DNA of 15,948 bases from Candidatus Geocrenenecus huangii (GTDB lineage Archaea; Thermoproteota; Nitrososphaeria_A; Caldarchaeales; Wolframiiraptoraceae): assembly GCA_023254095.1 (NCBI GenBank), contig JALNLM010000020.1:1-15948 (forward strand). Direction: 5' to 3'. Below are positions 1 to 7,460 of the stretch, piece by piece (position 1 is the first letter of the stretch; the number at the start of each line of letters is the position of its first letter). The position numbers were made by a program, and so were the translations under genes. The notes under the pieces were generated by a model. It had not been told where the DNA came from, did not search any database, and worked only from the letters and a program-made list of their open reading frames with translations.

Positions 1-1156
1 TTCTTAAACCTCTATCTTCGAGCTTCTTCTTAACATTGAGCATTTCTTCTACGCTAGGTCTTCTAATAGATCTTCTTCTAAATGATGGGAAGTAGTCTAA
101 GGCGATCACTTGGAGGTCTCTATCTATTGATGCGACCCTCTCTCCAATCTCCTCTACTTCATCTATGGTCATCCATTCTCTATTGTATGCAAACCCCACC
201 CCTAGATAGATCTTACCATCATAATTGTCTAGAATGTATCTTATTATGTTCCATGAATTCTCGAGATAGTTCTTTGCAAGTTCTCTATCCGTAATCCCCG
301 TAATCTTCATGTAGGTATCTACTCTAGATGCTTTAGGCTCTATGCCGATATTGTTGCATCCAGCCTCGAAAAGCTCATCTACATATTCTTTCGTAATGGT
401 AGTCCCATTACTATCAAGATGCAGTCTTTTCCCTGGGCTCAGCCTTCTAGCCTCCTTAAAGAATTCTATAAGCCATCTTCTGTTAAGTGTTGGCTCTCCT
501 CCACTAATAGCTATACCTTTGGTATCATATCTTCTAGAACACCATGTAGTCATCCTCGCCGCTTCTTTAGGAGTTACTGGGTCTGTAGCATTATCATATG
601 TTACGTAATAATTCTGGCATTGCGGGCATCTGAGATTACATCCAGCAACCCATATAGCTGCCTCGACGTAGCCTGTACCAACTTCCCACCATGGAGTTCC
701 CTTTCCGCCAACCTTGTGAGGCTGCGGGCCATGGACTATTCTCAGGGGATCAATGTTTTCTACGTCAAGCTTTATCTTCATTCCTTCTCTTACAGGTGTT
801 ATACATGTCCTCTCGAGTTTTCCATCTACTATAACGCTACAAGCCCAGCATCCTCCTAGATTGCATGGTGAAGATAGATTTCGTGAACCAGGTTTCCCAA
901 ATGCTATTCCTATATTTTCTAGAGCTTCTTTCAGGGTTGAAGGGTACGGTACAAGGTATACCCTATCCTCTACCCAGATACTTACATTCTTCTCTTCAAG
1001 TTCTAGGAACTTGATCTTTCTTGCATTGTATGGGCAGCTCCAGTAGCATGAGAGGCACCCAATACATTGAGAGGGGCTCATACATCTGCTGACATCTATA
1101 CAGAATCTGCAGCTCTTACAAGATTCTTCATCTACTTCAACTATGGGTCTAAGCAT
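1..1156 (-). CDS. Radical SAM protein (PFL-activase-like, COG1180-type core) with N-terminal 2x[4Fe-4S] ferredoxin and [2Fe-2S] domains; 3' end lies outside the window
   Basis: Manual translation from ATG 1156 stays open to the window edge (385 codons). It begins MLRPIVEVDEESCKSCRFCIDVSRCMSPSQCIGCLSCYWSCP (8 Cys), then has PCNLGGCWACSVIVDGKLERTCITPVREGMKI (2Fe-2S), GCNLRCPQCQN (CxxxCxxC, nt 617-640), SGGEPTL and HLDSNG. The ORF track misses it because there is no stop in the window. Confidence 0.92.
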   Translation of the reverse strand, partial: MLRPIVEVDEESCKSCRFCIDVSRCMSPSQCIGCLSCYWSCPYNARKIKFLELEEKNVSIWVEDRVYLVPYPSTLKEALENIGIAFGKPGSRNLSSPCNLGGCWACSVIVDGKLERTCITPVREGMKIKLDVENIDPLRIVHGPQPHKVGGKGTPWWEVGTGYVEAAIWVAGCNLRCPQCQNYYVTYDNATDPVTPKEAARMTTWCSRRYDTKGIAISGGEPTLNRRWLIEFFKEARRLSPGKRLHLDSNGTTITKEYVDELFEAGCNNIGIEPKASRVDTYMKITGITDRELAKNYLENSWNIIRYILDNYDGKIYLGVGFAYNREWMTIDEVEEIGERVASIDRDLQVIALDYFPSFRRRSIRRPSVEEMLNVKKKLEDRGLR

Positions 1157-1175
1157 TTCAAAGCCCAGTTGTCTA

Positions 1176-1527
1176 TCAGCATGTAAGGTGGAATGCTCCG
1201 CATACCTTTACGCCTTTATCGATAAACTCATTATACTTCTTCCAAGCAACCCTAGAATCAGCTACGACTAGCTTTACACCTTTTTCCTCTAACTCTCTTT
1301 TTACCTCCTCAGATACTTCAACTCTCCCAAAATATCCGGTGCCTATTACTATATATTCTAAATCTATTCCTAGAATTTCTTTCAGGTCTTCAAGTTCTAT
1401 CCTGTGTCCTTCCTTCCTCCACCAGTTCGGTATAACCTTTCCGGGAAGTATTATCAAGTCTCTACCATATCTTACCCCATCTACCCACCATGTAGCCGAA
1501 TCCGTAATCATTGATTCTTGGAGCCAT
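1176..1527 (-). pseudogene. Mth938/DUF498 (AAMDC-like) domain gene with a +1 frameshift near the 5' end (true pseudogene or sequencing error)
   Basis: ATG 1527 gives the family-typical N-terminus MAPRINDYGFGYMV, then reaches TAG at 1462-1464. The other frame continues VDGVRYGRDLIILP...WWRKEGH...IVIGTG...AFHLTC. Total length is 352 nt (3n+1), with one extra G in the GGG run at 1484-1486. Confidence 0.8.
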
Positions 1528-1562
1528 CTCCTAGAGAATGTTGAGAAACGGAAATATATGTC

Positions 1563-2045
1563 TTATAGCAGCTTACATGCTTCATATGCATCTCTTCTAT
1601 AACCATAATAATTCTTTATCATTCTTGTGATTGAGTATCCTTTCTTTAGATATAGGTTGACTGCGGGAGAATTCGTCACTTCAACCTGCAAGACTATCTT
1701 CTTCATATTCAATTCCAAGGCTTTCTTCTCAAGAGCTTCTAGAAGGATTGAGCCTATGCCCATCCTCCTAAAATCTTTCTTAACGTTGAGCGTATATAGT
1801 AAGCATTCGTCTCTATGGCATAATCCAGCTATGAAGCCTACTAGAATGTTGTCTATCGTTGCTTTCAAGAAGATAGACCTAGGGTTTCTCAGCAAGTAGT
1901 TGAAAACAAGCTTCGGGTAAGCATCTCTCCCAAAACATTCTAACTCAATTTGATATACTTCTTCTAAGTCGCCTTCAGAAACAGGCGAGACCCTGACTAT
2001 TACTTTGGTGTTCTTGTCTTCTAAATCTTCTAGATTCTTTGCCAT
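1563..2045 (-). CDS. rimI: GNAT N-acetyltransferase, RimI/Ard1 family
   Basis: Acetyl-CoA binding motif LNVKKDFRRMGIGS, LQVEVTNSPAVNLYLKKGY and C-terminal IKNYY...DAY, all typical of RimI/Ard1. Confidence 0.85.
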   Translation of the reverse strand: MAKNLEDLEDKNTKVIVRVSPVSEGDLEEVYQIELECFGRDAYPKLVFNYLLRNPRSIFLKATIDNILVGFIAGLCHRDECLLYTLNVKKDFRRMGIGSILLEALEKKALELNMKKIVLQVEVTNSPAVNLYLKKGYSITRMIKNYYGYRRDAYEACKLL

Positions 2046-2096
2046 GGCCCCAATGAAATGTTATTCAACTAGTTCGCCTAATAAGTTATCGGTGTC

Positions 2097-2651
2097 TTGG
2101 GGGTGGGTCTAGTAGAGATTAAGCCTCGTTCATTCGTCTATCTTCTACAACCTAAGCCTGTGGCAATAATCGTTTCTGTTGATTCTTTTGGAAAGCCTAA
2201 CGGTATGTCTGCTGCATGGCTTACACCTACCTCTAGGGATCCTCCCCTGCTTGCTGTTGCGATCTCTCCTAAACGATACACATATGAACTGATTAAGCAG
2301 ACACGGGATTTCACCGTGAATATCCTCGACTTCAGCATGATCCATGAATCCGAATTCTTCGGAGGCTATTCTGGAAGAGCGGTCGATAAATTTGAGAAAT
2401 CTAAGCTGACTTTAGTTAAATCAAGAATAGTGAAGTCTCCACATATCGCTGAGGCTGTAACGGCTCTAGAATGCAGCCTATACGATGAGTATCCTGCAGG
2501 AGACCATGCACTAGTATTGGGGAAAGTAGAAAAAGCGTATGTTAGGGAGGAAGCTATAGAAGATGATACCTACAATCTATCTAAAGTAAAGATACTATTA
2601 TACTTGGGCGGGGGAAAATATACTACGACGTTAGACCACTCGATTACGTGA
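2097..2651 (+). CDS. Flavin reductase-like (flavoredoxin/DIM6-NTAB family) FMN-binding protein
   Basis: Motifs PKPVAIIVS, NGMSAAW, PPLLAVAISPKRYTYELI, SGRAVDKF and LEC...GDH. The start may be TTG 2097 or GTG 2103. Confidence 0.88.
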   Translation: MGVGLVEIKPRSFVYLLQPKPVAIIVSVDSFGKPNGMSAAWLTPTSRDPPLLAVAISPKRYTYELIKQTRDFTVNILDFSMIHESEFFGGYSGRAVDKFEKSKLTLVKSRIVKSPHIAEAVTALECSLYDEYPAGDHALVLGKVEKAYVREEAIEDDTYNLSKVKILLYLGGGKYTTTLDHSIT

Positions 2652-2663
2652 AGATGATTAATT

Positions 2664-2696
2664 AGAATGTTCTTAAATAATTATTTACCAAATTCT
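2664..2696. promoter_or_regulatory. TATA box of the ZIP gene overlapped by a palindromic putative repressor operator
   Basis: Perfect 14-bp palindrome TAAATAATTATTTA (2674-2687), flanked by AGAAT (2664-2668) and ATTCT (2692-2696). TTAAATA starts about 29 nt before ATG 2702. Confidence 0.5.
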
Positions 2697-2701
2697 GTAA
2701 G

Positions 2702-3484
2702 ATGATTCCTGAAATATTAACAACTATTGCTGGTGGAAATCTCGTTTTAATAGGCTTGATCGGGGGAACCGTAGGGGCGGTGCTAAATCTTCTAGGAGCT
2801 ATACCCGTATTGTTTTTTAGGTCTCCACCAAAGACGTTGATCGATATTGGGCTCGGTTTCGCCGCTGGAGTTATGTTGGCTGCAAGCTTCACGAGCTTGA
2901 TTCTTCCAGGCATAGAGTATGGAGGCATATTCGCAGTTGTAGTTGGAATAGTAATTGGAGCGGTTACCATCTCATTGATAGATTACATGATGCCTCATCT
3001 GCATTTCGTTAAAGGTAGAGAAGGCCGCGTCTTAAGCAGGCTTAGAGCAATATGGTTATTCGTGATTGCTGTAACCATCCACAACCTACCTGAAGGCTTA
3101 GCTGTAGGTGTAGGCTTCGGGTCAGGCGACCTGGTAGCCGGAGCATCTCTAATGCTTGCAATAGGCTTCCAGAATATTCCTGAAGGATTATCAGTAGGTT
3201 TTTCACTACTAGCTACAGAAAATTATAGTAGGAGAAAAGCTTACACTATATCGGTTGCATCAGGATTTGTTGAACCTCCCTTAGCCCTGCTGGGAGCTTA
3301 CTTGACATCTATATTCACGAGCATAATACCCTACGCGATGGGGTTTGCGGCAGGAGCAATGATATACGTTGTAAGCGACGAGATAGTTCCGGAAATCCAT
3401 AGATCAGGTGGGGAGAGAACATCAACATATAGCTTAATAGCTGGGTTGATAGTTATGCTCATACTAGATGTAATTCTATCCTAG
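2702..3484 (+). CDS. zupT: ZIP family divalent metal (zinc) transporter, ZupT/GufA-like
   Basis: Hydrophobic multi-TM protein with GFAAGVMLAASF, a PHLH loop, the HNLPEG and QNIPEG metal-site motifs, and FAAGAMIYVVSDEIVPE. Confidence 0.93.
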   Translation: MIPEILTTIAGGNLVLIGLIGGTVGAVLNLLGAIPVLFFRSPPKTLIDIGLGFAAGVMLAASFTSLILPGIEYGGIFAVVVGIVIGAVTISLIDYMMPHLHFVKGREGRVLSRLRAIWLFVIAVTIHNLPEGLAVGVGFGSGDLVAGASLMLAIGFQNIPEGLSVGFSLLATENYSRRKAYTISVASGFVEPPLALLGAYLTSIFTSIIPYAMGFAAGAMIYVVSDEIVPEIHRSGGERTSTYSLIAGLIVMLILDVILS

Positions 3485-3519
3485 CTTCCAATACCTATCT
3501 CTACGAATAGATAAAGCTC

Positions 3520-4074
3520 TTAAGAGGTGATTCCAGATTGGCGTATTATCTCGACCATCTTATTCCTCACCTGGACATTAACTCTTACTAGCACGGCTCC
3601 TTTCTTCGGCTGCCCGTAGACAATCACGGAATTTTCCGGAGAAGATAGTATAGCTGCTAGAGCTAATAGATCTTCTTCACCTTTAACCTTCAAGACGATA
3701 GGCCATGATTCAGGAGAATGTATCAATTGATGTAGTTTCTCAGCGGAGCTAGGTGATATTGTCCCAGCCTCATTAACAGACTCCACCACATTTTCTAGAG
3801 TGGTTAAATGTATTGGTTTTTCGATCCTCTCGATCCTCCCGTCTACTACGTATATGTCGACTTTGATGTTGTGTTGATATAATTTGTTAGAGACGTAGTC
3901 TCCGACAGCGATGACTACCGGGGGCTTAATGTCTTCGATTAATTGTTTTAATCTCCTAGTTACTTCATCAGGGTCTCTGCCGGTAACGAGTTCTCCGATG
4001 GGCTCTCTCAATCTATTCTTCATCTCCTCTGTGAAGATTATCTTGTGGCGGGGTGGCCAGATAACACCCTCCAC
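3520..4074 (-). CDS. GTP-dependent dephospho-CoA kinase (DUF359/COG1909)
   Basis: Motifs LREPIG, AVGDYVS, VVDGRIER, NEAGTI, GEEDLLAL and YGQP. It sits in the conserved position downstream of rpo7-spt4. Confidence 0.9.
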   Translation of the reverse strand: MEGVIWPPRHKIIFTEEMKNRLREPIGELVTGRDPDEVTRRLKQLIEDIKPPVVIAVGDYVSNKLYQHNIKVDIYVVDGRIERIEKPIHLTTLENVVESVNEAGTISPSSAEKLHQLIHSPESWPIVLKVKGEEDLLALAAILSSPENSVIVYGQPKKGAVLVRVNVQVRNKMVEIIRQSGITS

Positions 4075-4150
4075 GAGTCATCTACCCCCGTTTGTCGGAT
4101 TGAGGTTTCAGCCATCTCTAGCCCGCAAGAAAGTAAGTGATACCTTTAAT

Positions 4151-4342
4151 TTACGTTTTAGTAGCATAAGCTCCCGGCTTCTTTAATCCAAGTTCTCTCG
4201 CTATTTCGGATTTCTCAGGGTCAATTATTATTATTAGGCCAGAATAGTTTGTCGTCAAGTTTGTTGAACCGCAGTTATCGCATTCGCTTCCAGTCGTTAT
4301 CTTCTTACAGTTCATGCATGCCCTCTCCCTAGACCCTGCCAT
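4151..4342 (-). CDS. spt4: Transcription elongation factor Spt4 (RpoE'')
   Basis: Zinc ribbon ACMNC...CDNCGS and the motif GLIIIIDPEKSEIA; immediately follows rpo7. Confidence 0.95.
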   Translation of the reverse strand: MAGSRERACMNCKKITTGSECDNCGSTNLTTNYSGLIIIIDPEKSEIARELGLKKPGAYATKT

Positions 4343-4343
4343 C

Positions 4344-4919
4344 TCAGTGCTTCTCCTCCGCTACAGTTTTTTCTTTCACTTCCTCGATGCTTTCCTTAAT
4401 CCACCCTATCTTCCCAAGATATGGCTGACGGGTCGTAACACTGATTTTCCCAGCTGTACCCGGAGATATAGAAACGGCCACTACCCTGAATCTAACTTCA
4501 TCTCCTACCTCTAATTTCTTTCCCGTCTTCTTACCAAGTAGTATAGAGTGTTTTTCATCATATGATAGGTAGTCATCCATGATCTGGGATATGTGTAGTA
4601 AAGCATCCATCGGTCCAACCCTGATGAATGCGCCGAAGTCCGTGATCTCGACTATCTCTCCCTCACTTACCTCTTGTATCCTAGGTGTGAAGAGAAGTAG
4701 TCTCGCTATAGCTTTATGGTAGATTGAGCCGTCTCGAGGGAGTAGGAAACCTACAGGGTCTACTTCTGCATCGAGAACCATTACAACATATCCAAGACCT
4801 TCTATCACGGTCCCCTCGTAGAGATTCTTAAGCCTCTCGACGGCCGCCTCTTTGAGAGGCTTACTAAAGTCTCGAGGTGGTATACCTATAATCTCTTCTA
4901 ACTCGACGAGTGTGAACAT
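4344..4919 (-). CDS. rpo7: DNA-directed RNA polymerase subunit Rpo7 (RpoE')
   Basis: S1 domain EGEIVEITDFGAFIRVGPMDALLHISQIMDD and C-terminal RQPYLGKIGWI. ATG 4919 (MFTLVE) is preferred over the TTG at 4943. Confidence 0.96.
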   Translation of the reverse strand: MFTLVELEEIIGIPPRDFSKPLKEAAVERLKNLYEGTVIEGLGYVVMVLDAEVDPVGFLLPRDGSIYHKAIARLLLFTPRIQEVSEGEIVEITDFGAFIRVGPMDALLHISQIMDDYLSYDEKHSILLGKKTGKKLEVGDEVRFRVVAVSISPGTAGKISVTTRQPYLGKIGWIKESIEEVKEKTVAEEKH

Positions 4920-5094
4920 CTCCCTACACTCAAGATCCTCCAATACAACCTTCTAACAGAATATATCTTTTTCCTTCTTTTCGAACGAACCTGGTTAAAG
5001 CTATTATTTAGCTGTATCTTCTAACTTATTGATTGGATGTATAATGTAAGCTCAAATCTTAGACGTTCCAAGTATATTAGGGGGTTTAGTATCC

Positions 5095-6672
5095 ATGGTT
5101 AAGGTCTCTAAGCTAGGAAACTTGCTTACATCTGAAGAATATAATCTTGTCTTGAATGTATTGGGGGAGGCTGGGTTCGGTCTAGATCAAGATTTGAAGA
5201 ATATGGATGGAAGAATTCTAGAAGCATTTGTAAGAATACTAGTAGAGAAAGAGCAATCGAAAGAGAAGAGAAAGAAAATAATCACACTTCTAAAACAATT
5301 ACTTGAAGAATCTGGAAATCCTCTAGCCCACAAATTTGATCCCAGAACTCCTATGAGTGTTTTACCGTTACCCATCAGAAAGAGTAGTTTCGAAGAAGTT
5401 AGAAAAGGCTATACCCTAGAAGAAGGGGTTAAAGAAGCTAGTAGATGCTTAACATGTAGGAACCCTAGATGTGTTGATGCATGCCCAATACATTTCGGTA
5501 TTCCAGCAGTATTCAAGCTAATTGCTCAGGGAAACATAGATACAGCCTATAAGCTGTCTCTCTCTTATTACCCTTGTATTGGAACGACAGGTAGAATATG
5601 TGTAAGATTCTGTGAAAATGCGTGTATAATGAATGAGATAGGAATGGAGCCGCTAGCTATAAGGTACTCTCATAGATTCGTCTCAGACTACGCTGACAAG
5701 AGTAGTGTTCGTCTTACACCTAAGTCGTCAACAGGTAAGAAGATAGCTGTAGTAGGCTCTGGACCCGCAGGGATAAATGCTGCATACCACTTAGCTTTAA
5801 TGGGTTACTCTGTAACGATATATGAGGCCGCTGAGAGGACTGGAGGAATGCTTAGACTCTCTATACCGGAATTCAGGCTTCCATCGAGGATCGTGGAAGA
5901 TGAAACGAGCATCCTAGAGAAGTTAAGTGTAAGGTTCGAGCTCATGAAGAGGGTTGGTAGGGACATATCTATATCGGAGCTTGTTAAACAATATGATGCA
6001 GTATTCATAGGCGTAGGAGCACATAAACCAAAGAAGATGAATATCCCAGGAGAGGACCTTCAGGGAGTTATACAAGCGTTACCATTCCTTTATAAAGTGA
6101 AGATTGGAGAGATAAAGAGTGTCTCTGGGAGAGTCTGGGTAATCGGAGGAGGAGATGTAGCGATGGATGCAGCTAGAACATCATTGAGACTAGGCGCATC
6201 AGAAGTGAAGATCATGTATAGGAGGAGTAGAGCAGAGATGCCTGCTGACCCTGAACAAGTACTTGACGCAGAAGAAGAAGGAATCGAGATAGTGATCCTT
6301 GCTACACCAATCGAGTTCATAGGAGAAAACGGGGCAATAAAGAAGATGAAATGTATAAGGATGAGGTTGGGTGAGCCTGGACCGGATGGCAGGAGGAGGC
6401 CAGAACCTATACCAGGCTCAGAGTTCATAGAAGAAGCGGACTACGTAATACTGGCCATCGGTCAAGATCCTCAGTTAGACTTTATCAAACCTGAAGACAA
6501 TATAGAGTTAACGAGGTGGGGTACTATTAAGGTAAATGAAGATTTGTCTACTACGAGGCCCGGAGTATTCGCCGGAGGAGATAGCGTTAGGGGGCCTGCG
6601 ACAGCTATAGAGGCATTCGCAGACGGTAAGAGAGCTGCTGAATCAATACACAGATACCTACAGTCGAAGTAA
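5095..6672 (+). CDS. NADPH-dependent FAD/[4Fe-4S] oxidoreductase, GltD / NfnB (SudA) / dihydropyrimidine dehydrogenase-like family, with N-terminal extension
   Basis: Fe-S motifs EASRCLTCRNPRCVDACP and GRICVRFCENAC; FAD motif VVGSGPAG; IPEFRLP; NADPH motifs GGGDVAMDAAR and YRRS; GVFAGGD. An SD-like GGGGGT lies upstream. Confidence 0.9.
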   Translation: MVKVSKLGNLLTSEEYNLVLNVLGEAGFGLDQDLKNMDGRILEAFVRILVEKEQSKEKRKKIITLLKQLLEESGNPLAHKFDPRTPMSVLPLPIRKSSFEEVRKGYTLEEGVKEASRCLTCRNPRCVDACPIHFGIPAVFKLIAQGNIDTAYKLSLSYYPCIGTTGRICVRFCENACIMNEIGMEPLAIRYSHRFVSDYADKSSVRLTPKSSTGKKIAVVGSGPAGINAAYHLALMGYSVTIYEAAERTGGMLRLSIPEFRLPSRIVEDETSILEKLSVRFELMKRVGRDISISELVKQYDAVFIGVGAHKPKKMNIPGEDLQGVIQALPFLYKVKIGEIKSVSGRVWVIGGGDVAMDAARTSLRLGASEVKIMYRRSRAEMPADPEQVLDAEEEGIEIVILATPIEFIGENGAIKKMKCIRMRLGEPGPDGRRRPEPIPGSEFIEEADYVILAIGQDPQLDFIKPEDNIELTRWGTIKVNEDLSTTRPGVFAGGDSVRGPATAIEAFADGKRAAESIHRYLQSK

Positions 6673-6703
6673 GCTTCAGGAGACCTTGTCAATATATCTT
6701 TTT

Positions 6704-7393
6704 CTAGTATTCTGCTACCACTAGTACGTGATCTTTCTCGTATGGTTCGAGATTAACAACCTCCAGTATCTTGAAGGAGTTTTCCTCGAGGATCCTAATC
6801 TCTCTCTTGTAGACTACTTCAGGATCTTCTACACTATCTATGCTTCTAGCTTTTACAGCTATCATCCCGTGGCCTCCACTCTTTAAAGTTAGCAATGCAT
6901 TATCAACGAGAATCTTTGCCTGCTCAGGCTGAGCCACATCGCAGTATATCAAGTCTACTTTTCCTACTATGTGTGCGTATTCTCTAGGTTTACGGGCATC
7001 CGCAAAGATTGGGATAATGTTTCTTCTATGCTGTGCGACGTTCTGCTTAAATTGTATCATAACTCTCGGGGCAAAATCCACACCGTATAGCACCCCCTCA
7101 TTACCTATTATATCGGAGACATGGCTTGCAGTCGTCCCGGTAGCTGTACCCAAATAGAGCACTTTACTTCCACTTGCAAGATATATTTCATTAATCTTGT
7201 TCCAGATAGCCGCTGAAAGCTTACTACGATAAGGGTTCCAAGCCCTATATTCATCACCTTTAACTTTGAATAATCTTTCACCATATACCTGGATGCCTGG
7301 AGCGAGATTCTTGGTTGCAAGAATCTTCTCTCCCTCGTCTGATGCAACCCAGTATACTCCGTTAAATTTTTCGTGAGACTTAACCGTCACCAT
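6704..7393 (-). CDS. flpA: Fibrillarin-like rRNA/tRNA 2'-O-methyltransferase
   Basis: Motifs VYGE, EYRAWNPYRSKL, VLYLGTATGTTASHVSD, DVAQPEQ and LEPYEKDH. ATG 7393 is preferred over the TTG at 7423. Confidence 0.97.
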   Translation of the reverse strand: MVTVKSHEKFNGVYWVASDEGEKILATKNLAPGIQVYGERLFKVKGDEYRAWNPYRSKLSAAIWNKINEIYLASGSKVLYLGTATGTTASHVSDIIGNEGVLYGVDFAPRVMIQFKQNVAQHRRNIIPIFADARKPREYAHIVGKVDLIYCDVAQPEQAKILVDNALLTLKSGGHGMIAVKARSIDSVEDPEVVYKREIRILEENSFKILEVVNLEPYEKDHVLVVAEY

Positions 7394-7423
7394 TTCTACC
7401 ACTACCGATCTAGTCGGGTTCAA

Positions 7424-7431
7424 GATAAATA
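7424..7431 (-). promoter_or_regulatory. Putative internal TATA box for fibrillarin
   Basis: TATTTATC on the minus strand, about 31-38 nt upstream of ATG 7393, in the nop5-flpA gap. Confidence 0.4.
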
Positions 7432-7460
7432 GTTTGTATCAACCCTGCTCATGGCTTCTC

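Noticed and set aside
82-1046. Four plus-strand ORFs (82-294, 342-608, 419-859, 753-1046)
   Set aside because: They are antisense shadows of the minus-strand radical SAM gene, Ser/Leu-rich and without motifs.
4075-4150. spt4-kinase spacer with GAGATGG...CTC, a small CCG-ACAAA-CGG hairpin and GATGA, considered as a fluoride riboswitch or C/D sRNA
   Set aside because: The pseudoknot pairing and 3' consensus of the fluoride riboswitch are absent, and there are no properly ordered C and D boxes.
4151-4170. Spt4 ends GAYATKT rather than the usual YA(I/L)KVR, raising a possible indel
   Set aside because: The length is normal and no alternative frame clearly restores the consensus, so this is ordinary divergence.
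5095-6672. Calling the oxidoreductase glutamate synthase (gltD) or bifurcating NfnB outright
   Set aside because: No gltB or nfnA partner is in the window, the cluster-ligand region is atypical, and the family is functionally diverse.
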